Shown here: positions 17,501 to 25,842 of the stretch, piece after piece
How positions within the stretch are numbered: the first letter of the stretch is position 1
Layout of the letters: each line of letters starts with the position of its first letter
Origin: Deltaproteobacteria bacterium
Lineage (GTDB): Bacteria > Myxococcota > Myxococcia > Myxococcales > 40CM-4-68-19
Direction: 5' to 3'
DNA length: 45,143 bases
NCBI GenBank assembly: GCA_041499865.1
Contig: JBGQLA010000001.1
Location: 1-45,143 of the forward strand
Made by a program: the position numbers and the translations under genes
Notes under the pieces: generated by a model
What the model was told of the DNA's origin: nothing
The model's database searches: none
Seen by the model: the letters and a program-made list of their open reading frames with translations, nothing else

Positions 17501-20500
17501 TTAGTCGTCGTGGCGCTGGCAGCCGTCGACCATCTCGCGCAGGTCGTGCCACCACGGCATGGGCCCGGGGTGCACGAGCGGCGCCTCGATCCGGCTTTGT
17601 GGGGCGACGGCCGCCGCGGAGGTGGGTGCAATGAACGGCTGCATCAGCTCGGCCGTGCTGTAGTAGCGGCCGCCTTTCATCACCGCCGCCACGTTGGCCA
17701 GCTGCTTGATATCGGTGAGCGGGTCGCCGTTGATGAACGCCAGATCCGCCAGCTTCCCGGGCTCCACGGTGCCAAGGTCCTTGGCCACGTTGTACATCCG
17801 CGCCGGCTTCAGAGTGGCGGACTGCAGCGCCTGCCAGGGCGCGAGGCCGTACCTCACCTGGGCGCGCAGGTTGAGGTGAAGCGCCGTCGCCACGTTGTCC
17901 AGCGGCGAGTCGGTGCCGGCCAGCAGGGTTCCTCCCCCGAGCTGGATGCGCTTCACCGTGTCCTCTTCCTTCTGCAGGCTGTCCAGGCTAAGCGTCTGCG
18001 GCGTGGACACCGCGGCGTCGCGCTTCGCGACCAGGCTCGCCTGGTCCCAGGCAGGATTGAGGACCTGCAGGCGAGCGTCGTCCACCATCGTGGGGTCTTC
18101 GGCGTAGAGCGAGGAGTTGAAGGTGGTCGAGATGTCGAACGCTCCGGCCGACATGCGGAACAGGTCCGTCATGTCGTGATAGCTGATGCCGGCCGACGAG
18201 CGCGTGTACGCCCATCCAGTGCGCGTGGTGGCGGAAACGTGCGTCATCCCGTCGCCCCCCTCGGCGAGCTGCGGCATCATGTAGTGACCGCCGGTGAAGA
18301 CGCCGAGCGCCGAGTGGGCGTTCTCGATCGCCAGCTTCTGCCAGGCGTGCGGCAGGCGCACGTAGGTCTTCACCATGTCGTAATCGAGCGCCTTGGCGCG
18401 GCTGAACTCGAGCTGCAGCTGCTGCTCCGTCGTGACCGGCCGCATGAAGTTGTAGAAGACCCGCTCGCCGTCCAGGGCTTCACCGGTGGAGAAGTAGCGC
18501 GGGCCCACGCGCGCGCCGGCGGCGAACGCTTCGCGGGTTTCCGGAGCCCTGTAGGCGGGATCGCCGACCGATTGGAGAGAGGTCACGCCGTAGGCCATCC
18601 ACAGCCGGCCCAGCCGGTCGCCGTAGAACTTGCCCTCGATGTACTGGTGCGTGTGCGACTCCCAGATACCAGGCACGACCGTCTGGTTCGAGGCGTCGAT
18701 GAAGCGGCCATCGTCGTCGTCGGAATCATCGTGATGGCGGCCGTCGCCCTCGCCATGCCTGCGTTCGCGGTGGGGCCCGATGCTCTGGATGCGCTGATCC
18801 CTCACCACGATGTCGACGTTCGTGAGCACGTCGGGGCCCTTGCCGTCCCAGAGCCTTCCAGCGTGGATGGTGACGCGGCCCTCGTGCTGCTGGGGCCGCC
18901 AGCTCAGATCGAGCGACACGGTGTGGGGCTGGCCGCCGGAACGCGAGATGAGCCGCAGCTTGCCGTTGGAGAGATAGAGCAGCGAGCGCGAATCGCCGCT
19001 CCAGGACGGCGCGTCGGTCACCTCGTGGTTGATCTTCTGCGCGTCACCGTTGGGAACGCCGTTCGCGTCCACCGGAATGACGTAGAGCTGGCTGTGCATC
19101 ACGGCCGCGAGCGCAGTGCCGTCCGGCGAGTAGACCGGGCCGTCTTCTCCGCGCGTCGAGAACGATTCCCACTTCGCCGGCTCGGTATAAGTCAGAACGC
19201 CGGTGGCGAGTTCGACGGTGAGAATCTGGCTGGTGCCCTCGCGAAAGCGCCGCGTGTACGGCTTGAGCGCCGAGACGGCGATGGTCTTGCCGCTGGCGTG
19301 CCACGTCGGCTTGCCCGGCGCGAAGAGCGGGAGGATGACCTGCTTCACCACGCCGGTGTCGATCTCTACCGTGAACGTCGCGCCACTCTGGTCCTGGTAG
19401 GCGAGAAACCGTCCGTCGGGCGACCACGCCGGCGAGACCTCGGCGCTGGCGTCCAGGGCCGTAACGCGGCGCTCGACGCCGGTGCGCCAGTCGATCACGT
19501 AGAGGTCCATGGTCTTGCCGCTCTTGTCCGAGGCGTAGGCGATCTTCGTCCCGTCGGGCGACCATGCCGGGTCGGTCTTGTAGTAAAGGCCGCCGGTGAT
19601 CGGTCGGGGCCGCCGGCCGATCTCCATCACCCAGATCTGGTTGAGCGCCCCGAACGCCACCCGCCTGCCGTCGGGCGACAGCGCAGGGCCGACGATGCCC
19701 AGCGCCTGCTTGGCGTCATCGGAGTCGAAGTCGAAGCGCTTGTGCCGGTAGGGCGGCCGGTTGAGCGTGAGCCTCACTTCGAAGGGGATCTCGGCGGTGG
19801 CGCCGGTCGACACCACGGTGGTGCGGATCTTTCCGTCGGCCGTGTAGAGCAGTTGATCGTTCGACAGCCACTGGGGGAAGAAGGGGAACGCGTCGTCGGT
19901 GGTGGTGACCTTCACCTGGTTGACCATCAAGTTGCTCTTGTTGCTGCCGAACTGGAGGTACGCGACCCGCGCGCCGTCCGGGGAATACGACGGCGCGTTC
20001 ACGCGCGTGCCCGGCGCGGCCGTGGCGAGCACCGTCTGCGTCCCGGCTGCGTCGCGCGCCTGGATGGTGGTCCCGGTGGCGCCCGAGCCGACCACGAACG
20101 CGATCTTCTGTCCGTCGGGCGACCAGGTCGGCTCGTACTCGTCGACCGAAGCCGGCGTCGGCGGTGTCGTCACTCCGCCGGTGTTCGTCCACTGCGTGAG
20201 CGCGCCGCTGGCGAGGTCGACGACCCAGATGTCGTAGCTCCCGTTGAAAGCGCGGTCGGAGGAGAACGCGATCTTGCTGCCGTTTGGCGAGAAGCGCGGT
20301 TCGCGATCGTCGCCATGACCGGTGGTGATCTGACGCAAGCCGGCGCCATCGGGCCTCATGACCCAGATGTGGAAGGTGCCGCCCGCATACGCCTGGAAGG
20401 CCACCAGGTCACCGCGCGGAGAGAAGTCGGGCCGCGCCGCCTCGAGCAGCGCGTCGGTCACTTGCGTTCCCCTGCCACCTGAGGAGCTCAACGACCAGAG

Positions 20501-20698
20501 CACGCCCTGGACGTCCATGATGATGGTGCGCCGATCGGGCGAGATGGTCACGGCCGAGTTCGTCGCTTCCGTGACGACCACGGTGGTCTGTGTGGATGTG
20601 GAGTGGGCGAAGCCGTCGTGTGCGGCCAGCGCGCCGAGGGCGGCGACGAAGGCACCTGCCCAGAGCGTTGTTCGAGGAATTCGGGGGGACTCTTTCAT
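17501..20698 (-). CDS. secreted TolB-like (PD40 beta-propeller) - amidohydrolase fusion protein
   Basis: 1065 aa with signal peptide. Many PD40 units (SPDGxxIAF/AY). C-terminal amidohydrolase with PGIWESHTH (HxH metal site) and LLAGTDSP, ADLAFINGDPL. A His/Asp-rich insert lies just before the HxH motif. Confidence 0.85.
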   Translation of the reverse strand: MKESPRIPRTTLWAGAFVAALGALAAHDGFAHSTSTQTTVVVTEATNSAVTISPDRRTIIMDVQGVLWSLSSSGGRGTQVTDALLEAARPDFSPRGDLVAFQAYAGGTFHIWVMRPDGAGLRQITTGHGDDREPRFSPNGSKIAFSSDRAFNGSYDIWVVDLASGALTQWTNTGGVTTPPTPASVDEYEPTWSPDGQKIAFVVGSGATGTTIQARDAAGTQTVLATAAPGTRVNAPSYSPDGARVAYLQFGSNKSNLMVNQVKVTTTDDAFPFFPQWLSNDQLLYTADGKIRTTVVSTGATAEIPFEVRLTLNRPPYRHKRFDFDSDDAKQALGIVGPALSPDGRRVAFGALNQIWVMEIGRRPRPITGGLYYKTDPAWSPDGTKIAYASDKSGKTMDLYVIDWRTGVERRVTALDASAEVSPAWSPDGRFLAYQDQSGATFTVEIDTGVVKQVILPLFAPGKPTWHASGKTIAVSALKPYTRRFREGTSQILTVELATGVLTYTEPAKWESFSTRGEDGPVYSPDGTALAAVMHSQLYVIPVDANGVPNGDAQKINHEVTDAPSWSGDSRSLLYLSNGKLRLISRSGGQPHTVSLDLSWRPQQHEGRVTIHAGRLWDGKGPDVLTNVDIVVRDQRIQSIGPHRERRHGEGDGRHHDDSDDDDGRFIDASNQTVVPGIWESHTHQYIEGKFYGDRLGRLWMAYGVTSLQSVGDPAYRAPETREAFAAGARVGPRYFSTGEALDGERVFYNFMRPVTTEQQLQLEFSRAKALDYDMVKTYVRLPHAWQKLAIENAHSALGVFTGGHYMMPQLAEGGDGMTHVSATTRTGWAYTRSSAGISYHDMTDLFRMSAGAFDISTTFNSSLYAEDPTMVDDARLQVLNPAWDQASLVAKRDAAVSTPQTLSLDSLQKEEDTVKRIQLGGGTLLAGTDSPLDNVATALHLNLRAQVRYGLAPWQALQSATLKPARMYNVAKDLGTVEPGKLADLAFINGDPLTDIKQLANVAAVMKGGRYYSTAELMQPFIAPTSAAAVAPQSRIEAPLVHPGPMPWWHDLREMVDGCQRHDD

Positions 20699-20862
20699 CG
20701 CGGCGCCTCCTCGGTGGGGACTCGTTTGCGAAGCGAGCGAGCGCTCCTACGACGTGATCAGTCGCGATTACAAGTCGCTCCGCGGCGCAGATGTGCCGAC
20801 CTTTTGTTCAACGGAGAACGCCGCGGCTCATCACATTGACCTGACCAGTGGCCGGAACGAAA

Positions 20863-20892
20863 GGGCCGCCTGCGGCAGACGACGGGCGGCCC
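20863..20892 (-). terminator. candidate intrinsic terminator of the thioesterase gene
   Basis: Stem GGGCCGCC / GGCGGCCC (8 bp) with a 14-nt loop. On the minus-strand transcript it is followed by UUUCGUU. It lies about 85 nt downstream of the PaaI stop (20976). Confidence 0.4.
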
Positions 20893-20975
20893 GCGCCTGG
20901 TCGCGACATGGATGCAGCGTGTTGGTTCCCCCGGAGCGGAAGTGACCGAGGGTCATCCCCGGCGGGACTGCCAGC

Positions 20976-21488
20976 TCAGCGCAAAGACGCGCGGGGGACG
21001 TCGGTGAGGAGGCAGGTCGTGGTCCCGTGCGCGTACAGCTTGCCGGCCGCGTCGACCAGAGAACCCTCCGCGGTGGCCACCTTGCCGCCCACGTGGATGA
21101 CCTTGGCGATCGCTCGCACGCGTCCAGTGTCGTGCTTCAGCGCGCGCACGTAGTTCACCTTGATCTCCAGCGTACTGTAGGCGCGGCCTTCCGGCAGGAC
21201 GGAGTGGACGGCGCATCCCATCGCTGAATCGAGCAGCGTCGCGGCGAGCCCGCCATGGACCATGCCGATGGGGTTGTAGTGGTACTCCTGCGGCTCGACG
21301 GCGAAGACCACGCGCCCTTCGTCGACCTCAACGATGTCGAAGCCCATCAGCTGCGCGATCGGCGGCGGAGGGACCCGGCCCTCCACGATCGCCCGCAGGA
21401 ACGCGGCACCCGCGAGCGAGAGCGCCGCCTTGGCGGCGATCGAGGGATCCTGCCAGGTCACCGTGCGAGTGCGCTCGATTTCACTCAC
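20976..21488 (-). CDS. PaaI-family (hotdog-fold) thioesterase
   Basis: GTG 21488 with GAGGAGG upstream. PPPIAQLMGFDIVEVDEGRVVF...NPIGMVHGGLAATLLDSAMG...ATAEGSLVD is a typical PaaI/4HBT layout. The longer track ORF (to 21677) adds a non-protein-like leader. Confidence 0.85.
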   Translation of the reverse strand: MSEIERTRTVTWQDPSIAAKAALSLAGAAFLRAIVEGRVPPPPIAQLMGFDIVEVDEGRVVFAVEPQEYHYNPIGMVHGGLAATLLDSAMGCAVHSVLPEGRAYSTLEIKVNYVRALKHDTGRVRAIAKVIHVGGKVATAEGSLVDAAGKLYAHGTTTCLLTDVPRASLR

Positions 21489-21682
21489 GCCGAAGCCTCC
21501 TCGTTGCCGAGGGCCGTTTTCAGCGCGGCGAACGGCAATGGTGATGTGCTCTCCATAGCGATGCGCGCATCGATCGCAGGATTCGCCGAGCGGCGCGCTT
21601 CGGGTGACCGAGCGGGCTGGCGCCCAGGCGCCCTTGCTGAATCGCGAATCCCGCTGGCGCGTCCTACTCGACGGCACCAGTC

Positions 21683-22381
21683 ATGACGCCCATCCCCACA
21701 CTCGCGGCCATGCTCCTGCTCGCGGGTGTTTCGCAACCGCCTCCCGCAGGCCATGTTCTCACCGTGCCGCTGGACGTGCACGACTTCAGGGTCCTTGGCG
21801 AGGAGTACGACCCCGAGAATCCGCGCCCGCCAGAGACCACCTATTACCGGACCATCGACGGTCCGAAGCAGAGCTTCATCCGCAGCGTCTACCTGCCGCC
21901 ACGCCCGACGGTGACGCTCTTCCAAAGAGTCCCCGACGAGCTGCACCACGGCGTGCGCCGCATCCAGTGGCGCTGGCGTGCGCAGGTTCTGCCCTCCAGG
22001 GGGAACGAATGTGCGAACGGCCGCGGGGACTCGGCCGCGGCCGTCTACGTCACCTGGAAGCGGGGCCTGCGCTGGTATTCGCTGAAGTTCATCTGGAGCA
22101 GCGAGGCGCCGCTCGGCGCGACGTGCAACCGGGTGCGCAACCCGCTGGTCGTCTCCGACAGCATCGTCCTGCGCACGGGCGCAACCAGCTCCGCCTGGGT
22201 GGAGGAGACGATCGATCCGGAGGAGCTCTTCCGGCAGCACTTCGCCAACGGCGACGCCGCCGCCGAGTTGCCCGAGCTGCAGGGCATCGGGGTCATGAGT
22301 GACGGCGATCAGACCGGCAGCATCAGCGCCGCCGATTACGAGGGGTTCGTTCTGCAGAAGGGTCAGGGCCCGACGCGCTGA
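21683..22381 (+). CDS. DUF3047 domain-containing secreted protein
   Basis: 232 aa with N-terminal signal-like MTPIPTLAAMLLLAGV. Blocks RIQWRWRAQVLP, GDSAAAVYVTW, YSLKFIWSS, IGVMSDGDQTGS fit my recollection of DUF3047. Confidence 0.65.
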   Translation: MTPIPTLAAMLLLAGVSQPPPAGHVLTVPLDVHDFRVLGEEYDPENPRPPETTYYRTIDGPKQSFIRSVYLPPRPTVTLFQRVPDELHHGVRRIQWRWRAQVLPSRGNECANGRGDSAAAVYVTWKRGLRWYSLKFIWSSEAPLGATCNRVRNPLVVSDSIVLRTGATSSAWVEETIDPEELFRQHFANGDAAAELPELQGIGVMSDGDQTGSISAADYEGFVLQKGQGPTR

Positions 22382-22428
22382 CGACCCGGTTGGCCCGACT
22401 CGCTTCCGACCGGCAGCCGCCCGGCAGC

Positions 22429-22863
22429 CTATTTCTTCTGCGCCTTCATCCGGCGCTCCATCTCGTCGGGAGGCACGTCCTCGACGTGGGTGCCGATCGA
22501 CCAGGTGTTGCCCCAGCGGTCCGTCACGGTGGCGACGCGGTCGCCGTAGAACTGGTTCGCGGGCTCGCGGTTCGACTGACCGCCCGCCGCAACAGCCTTC
22601 TTGTAGGTCGCATCCACGTCCGGGACGTAGAGATAGGAAACCATCCTCGACGGCGGATACTCAGGGCTTGTGTCGGCGAGCATCACCACCGAGTCGCCCA
22701 CGCGCACCTCCGCATGGCCGACCTTTCCGCCCGGCGCCGGGAAGCGATAGACCTCCTGGCCACCGAAGGCCTTCTTGACGAATTCGATGAAGTCGGACGC
22801 GCCCTCGACGACGAAATAGGGGGTGAACGTGTGGTAGCCCTCGGGAATCGGCTTGACGGCCAT
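22429..22863 (-). CDS. VOC (glyoxalase/bleomycin-resistance, PhnB-like) family protein
   Basis: 144 aa: PEGYHTFTPYFVV...GKVGHAEVRVGDSVVMLADT...FYGDRVATVTDRWGNTWSIGTH is the usual PhnB-like pattern. Confidence 0.85.
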   Translation of the reverse strand: MAVKPIPEGYHTFTPYFVVEGASDFIEFVKKAFGGQEVYRFPAPGGKVGHAEVRVGDSVVMLADTSPEYPPSRMVSYLYVPDVDATYKKAVAAGGQSNREPANQFYGDRVATVTDRWGNTWSIGTHVEDVPPDEMERRMKAQKK

Positions 22864-23018
22864 GACGTCCTCCTGGGTCGACTGAACCGCGCCCTCCTAT
22901 CACAACCAGCGCGCGGCGGCGTGGGCGGTTCAGTGACACTCGCGGGCAGCCTTCGCCGAGCTCGCGCTGACGGGAAGCTGGGACCTCACAACTCGGGTAC
23001 CGTCTGCGTTGTCCACGC

Positions 23019-23780
23019 ATGACACCGAACTCTCCATCGTCACGCGGCAGGATGGGCCGCAGCCGCCTGGGCGGCGTCGCCACCGCGCTAGCGCCGGCGC
23101 AAGGGTCCGCGCCGCGGCAGCTCGCCCTCGGCATCCCCTCCCCGGCCCGTGTCCACGAAGTCCTTCTGCCGGGCGCCGTGAAGATCCCCGGCTGGCTCAG
23201 CCATGATGCGCAGCGATCGCTCGCCGCCGGGTTCCGCCAGTGGGCTTTGCCGCCGGCCGGGCTCCGGCACCCGCGGGTCCCGAGCGGACATCTGATGAGC
23301 GTCCAGTCGGTGTGCCTGGGGTGGCACTGGGAGCCGTACACGTATTCGAGGACGGCCGACGACACCGACGGCGCGCCGGTCAAGCCGTTGCCTGTCGAGC
23401 TCGCCGATCTGGCCCGGGCTGCCGTCGCGGAAGCTTACGGACCGAACTGCGCAGCCTCCTACGCACCGGACGCGGCGATCGTGAACCTCTACGCTTCGGG
23501 AGCGCACCTCGGGCTGCATCTCGACGGCGAGGAGCCCAGCGACGCTCCGGTCGTCACCCTCAGCCTCGGCGACAGCTGCGTGTTCCGGTTTGCGGGCGTC
23601 GGCCGGCGCAATGGCCCCTTCACCGACGTCGAGCTCCGCTCCGGCGATCTGCTGGTCTTCGGCGGGCCGAGCCGGCGCATCTATCACGGCGTCCCCGAGG
23701 TGCTCGAGGGGACGGCGCCGGAAGACCTCGGCCTTCCCCCGGGCAGGGTGAGCATCACTCTGCGGGAGACCGGACTGTGA
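23019..23780 (+). CDS. alkB: alpha-ketoglutarate/Fe(II)-dependent dioxygenase AlkB (alkylated DNA repair)
   Basis: 253 aa: LPGAVKIPGWLS, AAIVNLYASGAHLGLHLDGEE (HxD), LLVFGGPSRRIYHGV (distal His), RVSITLRE (Arg pair). The start is uncertain between ATG 23019 and ATG 23052. Confidence 0.85.
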   Translation: MTPNSPSSRGRMGRSRLGGVATALAPAQGSAPRQLALGIPSPARVHEVLLPGAVKIPGWLSHDAQRSLAAGFRQWALPPAGLRHPRVPSGHLMSVQSVCLGWHWEPYTYSRTADDTDGAPVKPLPVELADLARAAVAEAYGPNCAASYAPDAAIVNLYASGAHLGLHLDGEEPSDAPVVTLSLGDSCVFRFAGVGRRNGPFTDVELRSGDLLVFGGPSRRIYHGVPEVLEGTAPEDLGLPPGRVSITLRETGL

Positions 23781-24538
23781 AGGGCGCCGTTTGCGCGCTG
23801 CCGCATTCCGGGCGCCAAGGAGCCGCGGCGTTGCCAGTTGCAGCGCGCGTGGCGGGACTGGACTGGACCGCGATCTCCCGAGGCCTCGACGACCTTGGTT
23901 CGTCACTCACGGGTCCCGTCCTGGGGCCGCCGGAGTGCAAGGGGATCGCGGAGCTCTACGGCGACGATCTCCATTTTCGCTCGACCATCGACATGGCCCG
24001 CTACCGGTTCGGACAGGGCCAGTACCGCTACTTCGACCGACCGCTGCCGAGGCTGGTCGCGGAGCTGCGGGCCGCGTTCTGGCCGCATCTCTTGCCGATC
24101 GCCAGGGCGTGGGCGGGACGCCTGGGGCAGCCTGCGCCATGGCCGGACAGCCTCGACGACTGGCTCGAGCAGTGCCACGAAGCAGGTCAGACCCGGCCTA
24201 CGCCGCTCTTGCTTCGCTACGGGCCGGGCGACTGGAACGCCTTGCACCGCGACCTCTACGGCGAGCTCGTGTTCCCGCTGCAGGTCGTCATCGGCCTCGA
24301 CCGGCCGGGTGTGGACTACACGGGCGGAGAGTTCATCACGCTCGAGCAGCGGCCCCGCGCCCAGTCTCGCGGGACCACGAGCGCCATCGCCCAAGGTCAG
24401 GGCCTTGTCTTCACCACGCGGGACCGGCCGGTGCCGTCGCGCCGGGGCTGGTCCGCAGCGCCGATGCGCCACGGAGTCAGCGTGCTGCGCTCCGGCCGCC
24501 GTCACACTCTCGGCCTCGTCTTCCACGACGCCCGATGA
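23777..24538 (+). CDS. 2OG-Fe(II) oxygenase family protein (second oxygenase of the repair operon)
   Basis: GTG 23777 overlaps the alkB stop (GTGA), with GGGAGA 7 nt upstream. FGQGQYRYFDRPLP, TPLLLRYGPGDWNALHRDLYG (HxD), GGEFITLEQRPRAQSRG, MRHGVSVLRSGRRHTLGLVFHDA. Alternative in-frame start GTG 23849. Confidence 0.7.
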   Translation: MKGAVCALPHSGRQGAAALPVAARVAGLDWTAISRGLDDLGSSLTGPVLGPPECKGIAELYGDDLHFRSTIDMARYRFGQGQYRYFDRPLPRLVAELRAAFWPHLLPIARAWAGRLGQPAPWPDSLDDWLEQCHEAGQTRPTPLLLRYGPGDWNALHRDLYGELVFPLQVVIGLDRPGVDYTGGEFITLEQRPRAQSRGTTSAIAQGQGLVFTTRDRPVPSRRGWSAAPMRHGVSVLRSGRRHTLGLVFHDAR

Positions 24539-25020
24539 CCGCACCGCGGCAGCGGGGGGCGCGACCGTTCGAGGAGATCGTCGCCGAGCACGGCGCCCTG
24601 GTGATGCGCGTGTGCCGGGCGCTGGTGGGGCCCGCGGACGCCGCCGACGCCTGGTCGGAGACGTTCCTGTCCGCCCTGCAGGCGTATCCAAGGCTGCCAG
24701 CGGGCAGCAACATCCGGGGGTGGCTCGTCACCATCGCCCATCGGAAGGCGATCGATCAGCTCCGGGGCGCCGCGCGAAGGGCGCGCGAGGTGCCCGAGCT
24801 GGCCGTCCCCGAGCCGGCCTCGGCGGATGACGGCGAGCTCCGCGCCGCTCTGGACGCCCTGCCGCCCAAGCAGCGCGGCGCAGTGATCTACCGGTATCTC
24901 GCCGAGCTCTCGTACGCCGAGGTCGGCGAGATCCTGGGTTCCAACGCCACCGCTGCCCGGCGAAGCGCGGCGGATGGCATCGCGAGCCTTCGCAAGCGTC
25001 TTTCGAAAGGAACGTCATGA
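24535..25020 (+). CDS. ECF-type (sigma2+sigma4) sigma-70 family RNA polymerase sigma factor
   Basis: ATG 24535 overlaps the upstream stop (ATGA). 161 aa: region 2 VMRVCRALVG...AWSETFL...RGWLVTIAHRKAIDQLR, region 4 LPPKQRGAVIYRYLAELSYAEVGEILGSNATAARRSAADGIASLRKRL. Confidence 0.85.
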   Translation: MTAPRQRGARPFEEIVAEHGALVMRVCRALVGPADAADAWSETFLSALQAYPRLPAGSNIRGWLVTIAHRKAIDQLRGAARRAREVPELAVPEPASADDGELRAALDALPPKQRGAVIYRYLAELSYAEVGEILGSNATAARRSAADGIASLRKRLSKGTS

Positions 25021-25640
25021 CCACCGACAAGCAGATCATCGATCGCCTCGAGCAGGGATTTTCCGGCTCCTCCGCCGCATTCGATACCGACGGCAGGCTG
25101 CGCGGCCGGCTCGCCGCGCTGGCGGAGCGGCAAGGACTCCTCGACGTGTCGTACCGCACCATCGACAGCCCGCTCGGGCCGCTGCTCCTGGCAGCGACCG
25201 GGAAGGGCCTGGTGCGGGTGGCGTTCAGCCGGGAAGATCATCAGTCGGTCCTTTCCCGCCTCGCGAGCGACATCAGCCCGCGGATCCTCCGCACGCCCCG
25301 GCGGCTCGACAAGGCGGCGCGCCAACTCGAGGAGTACTTCACCGGCAAGCGACGCGCGTTCACCGTGCCGGTCGATCTGCGGCTCGCCCAGGGGTTCCGT
25401 CGCTCGGTGCTCCTGCACCTGCGCGACATTCCTTACGGCGAGACGCAGAGCTACACCGCCCTGGCGAAGGCCGCGGGCAATCCGTCCGCAGTCCGGGCGG
25501 CCGCCAGCGCGTGCTCGCACAATCCGCTGCCACTGGTCGTGCCCTGCCATCGCGTCGTGCGCAGCGATGGCAGCTTTGGCGAGTACCTCGGCGGCCCCAA
25601 GGCCAAGCACGCCTTGCTCGCGATGGAGGCGGCGGGGTGA
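25017..25640 (+). CDS. ogt: methylated-DNA--protein-cysteine methyltransferase (Ogt/MGMT) with ~45-aa N-terminal extension
   Basis: ATG 25017 overlaps the sigma stop (ATGA). 207 aa: IPYGETQSYTALA...NPLPLVVPCHRVVRSDGSFGEYLGG contains the PCHR active site. The usual N-terminal domain (SPLGPLLLAATGKGLVRVAF) is preceded by extra residues MTTDKQIIDRLEQGFSGSSAAFDTDGRLRGRLAALAERQGL. Confidence 0.9.
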   Translation: MTTDKQIIDRLEQGFSGSSAAFDTDGRLRGRLAALAERQGLLDVSYRTIDSPLGPLLLAATGKGLVRVAFSREDHQSVLSRLASDISPRILRTPRRLDKAARQLEEYFTGKRRAFTVPVDLRLAQGFRRSVLLHLRDIPYGETQSYTALAKAAGNPSAVRAAASACSHNPLPLVVPCHRVVRSDGSFGEYLGGPKAKHALLAMEAAG

Positions 25641-25842
25641 GATGGCGGCTCGCGAGGGAGAGGGACTCGACGCGGCCCGCCTCTGCGGCCCACCTCGACG
25701 CTGACGCCCGGAGCGCCGTCGCGCAGCCGCTCCAGGGCGGAGGCGCGACATCGACGGCTGTCTACCCTCCAGATGGGGGATGCCGGCCCCGATCGCGTGT
25801 GTTACTTGATCGAATCATGCCGCACCGAACTGGACCGATGCA

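Noticed and set aside
16268-20482. Very long ORF (1404 aa, + strand) and similar giants: 25762..29463 (-), 8921..11278 (+), 12657..14036 (-), 33118..35226 (-), 37793..39874 (+), 40894..43176 (-), 11182..12720 (-)
   Set aside because: They are antisense shadows of genes with clear domain signatures on the other strand. Their translations are Arg/Gly/His/Glu/Asp/Pro-rich with no recognisable motifs, as expected from stop-codon depletion in ~70% GC DNA.
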